The notes under the pieces were generated by a model. The model was given only the letters and a program-made list of their open reading frames with translations. It was not told where the DNA came from and ran no database searches. From positions 99,510,001 through 99,574,000 of the forward strand of contig OX597820.1 of the NCBI GenBank assembly GCA_951406725.2: DNA of 64,000 nt. The letters run 5' to 3'. The position numbers and the translations under genes are program-made. This document shows, piece by piece, positions 63,233-64,000 of the stretch. The DNA is from Octopus vulgaris. Lineage: Eukaryota. The first letter of the stretch is position 1; every line of letters begins with the position of its first letter.

Positions 63233-64000
63233 TTAGAGACAAAACCACTATTTTGCAAATCAAACAAGGAAAGACTTAATCAATACATAAAAAAATTTTT
63301 TTAATATAAAGTAAATAAATCGCCACTACAATTGTTTCCTGTCTTCAAATGACATTCATCAGGTGGATTTCGTATCTAAAAATATCAATATTTTAAAAAA
63401 TAAATAAATTTAAAATGGCTAAAACTATAAATAATATAAATTTATCAATGAAAAAATATAAAAATATATGATCCATATATAATCTATATATAATCTATAT
63501 ATAATATAATCAAGAACTAAAATAACCTCTATAAACAATTGAATATAAAGAAACCTATTATTAAAGTTCTCATATTTAAAGATGTGGTTAAAGGGAGGTT
63601 TTAACATTATATGTATATATGGGTTTCGTTTATCATGATTGTTTTATTAAAGAATTTTATAGTAAATTCTGTCTAATTACGTTTATTAACATATTATTCC
63701 ATTCTATTCCATTCATAATTTTTAAATAACGTTCGTTCATAACGCGCAGAATGAAATGTTTATATTGTTGTGGTTGAGTATATGCGGATGCTGGTTGTGT
63801 GGTTGTCATGCAGAGTGAGTGTGTTTATGAATGAGGGTTGTATGTGTGTGTGAGGGGGTATGAATAAGTAATGTGTTGAAGTATTTGGCTATTTTATTAA
63901 TTTATCGTTGCCTAGATGTTTATGTGTATGTATAGAGATATATATGGGCGTGTGAGTTAGTGTATGTATTTAGATATGTTTATATATACTTAGATATATG
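63225..64000 (-). mobile_element. Probable Penelope-like element terminal repeat next to a (TA)n microsatellite; runs off the window
   Basis: AT-rich segment carrying the minimal hammerhead, adjacent to (TA)n at 63195-63223; no ORF within the window. Confidence 0.4.
63323..63366 (-). ncRNA. Minimal type-I hammerhead ribozyme motif (Penelope-like element type)
   Basis: Minus strand reads CCAC-CUGAUGA-AUGUC-auuugaa-GACAG-GAAA-C-AAUU-G-UA-GUGG: stem I CCAC/GUGG, intact core, stem II UGUC/GACA, palindromic stem III, GUA cleavage triplet. The 10.1-11.1 position is an A-G mismatch. Confidence 0.7.

Overview
AT-rich, repeat-dominated eukaryotic (animal) DNA. Single-exon poly-C2H2 zinc-finger genes with no KRAB/BTB/SCAN domain, abundant tRNA-derived SINEs and RTE LINEs with (GAT)n tails suggest an octopus (coleoid cephalopod) C2H2-ZNF cluster; the taxon is my inference. 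Only two intact host genes are evident, both on the + strand: ZNF-1 (8192-9688, 16 fingers) and ZNF-2 (39733-40761, 11 fingers). They are paralogues and share the untranslated 5' part of their coding exon. The rest is mostly transposon-derived: a near-full-length RTE LINE (AP endonuclease, RT and an inserted C4HC3 PHD-like finger, preceded by a 33-bp tandem array carrying CCGGAAGT ETS motifs), RTE 3' fragments, CR1, R4/Dong-like, Gypsy and Penelope-like remnants, five mariner/maT/Tc1 elements with visible TIRs, TTAA (piggyBac-type) MITEs, two non-autonomous Helitrons, at least three SINE families and an old ~210-bp tandem array. The most notable unexplained signals are a minimal type-I hammerhead ribozyme fold on the minus strand (63323-63366), the PHD-containing RTE with its putative monomer-type promoter, a stem-loop module shared by two SINE families, and conserved ZNF 5'UTR blocks. 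All calls are by eye with no database searches, and boundaries of decayed repeats are approximate.
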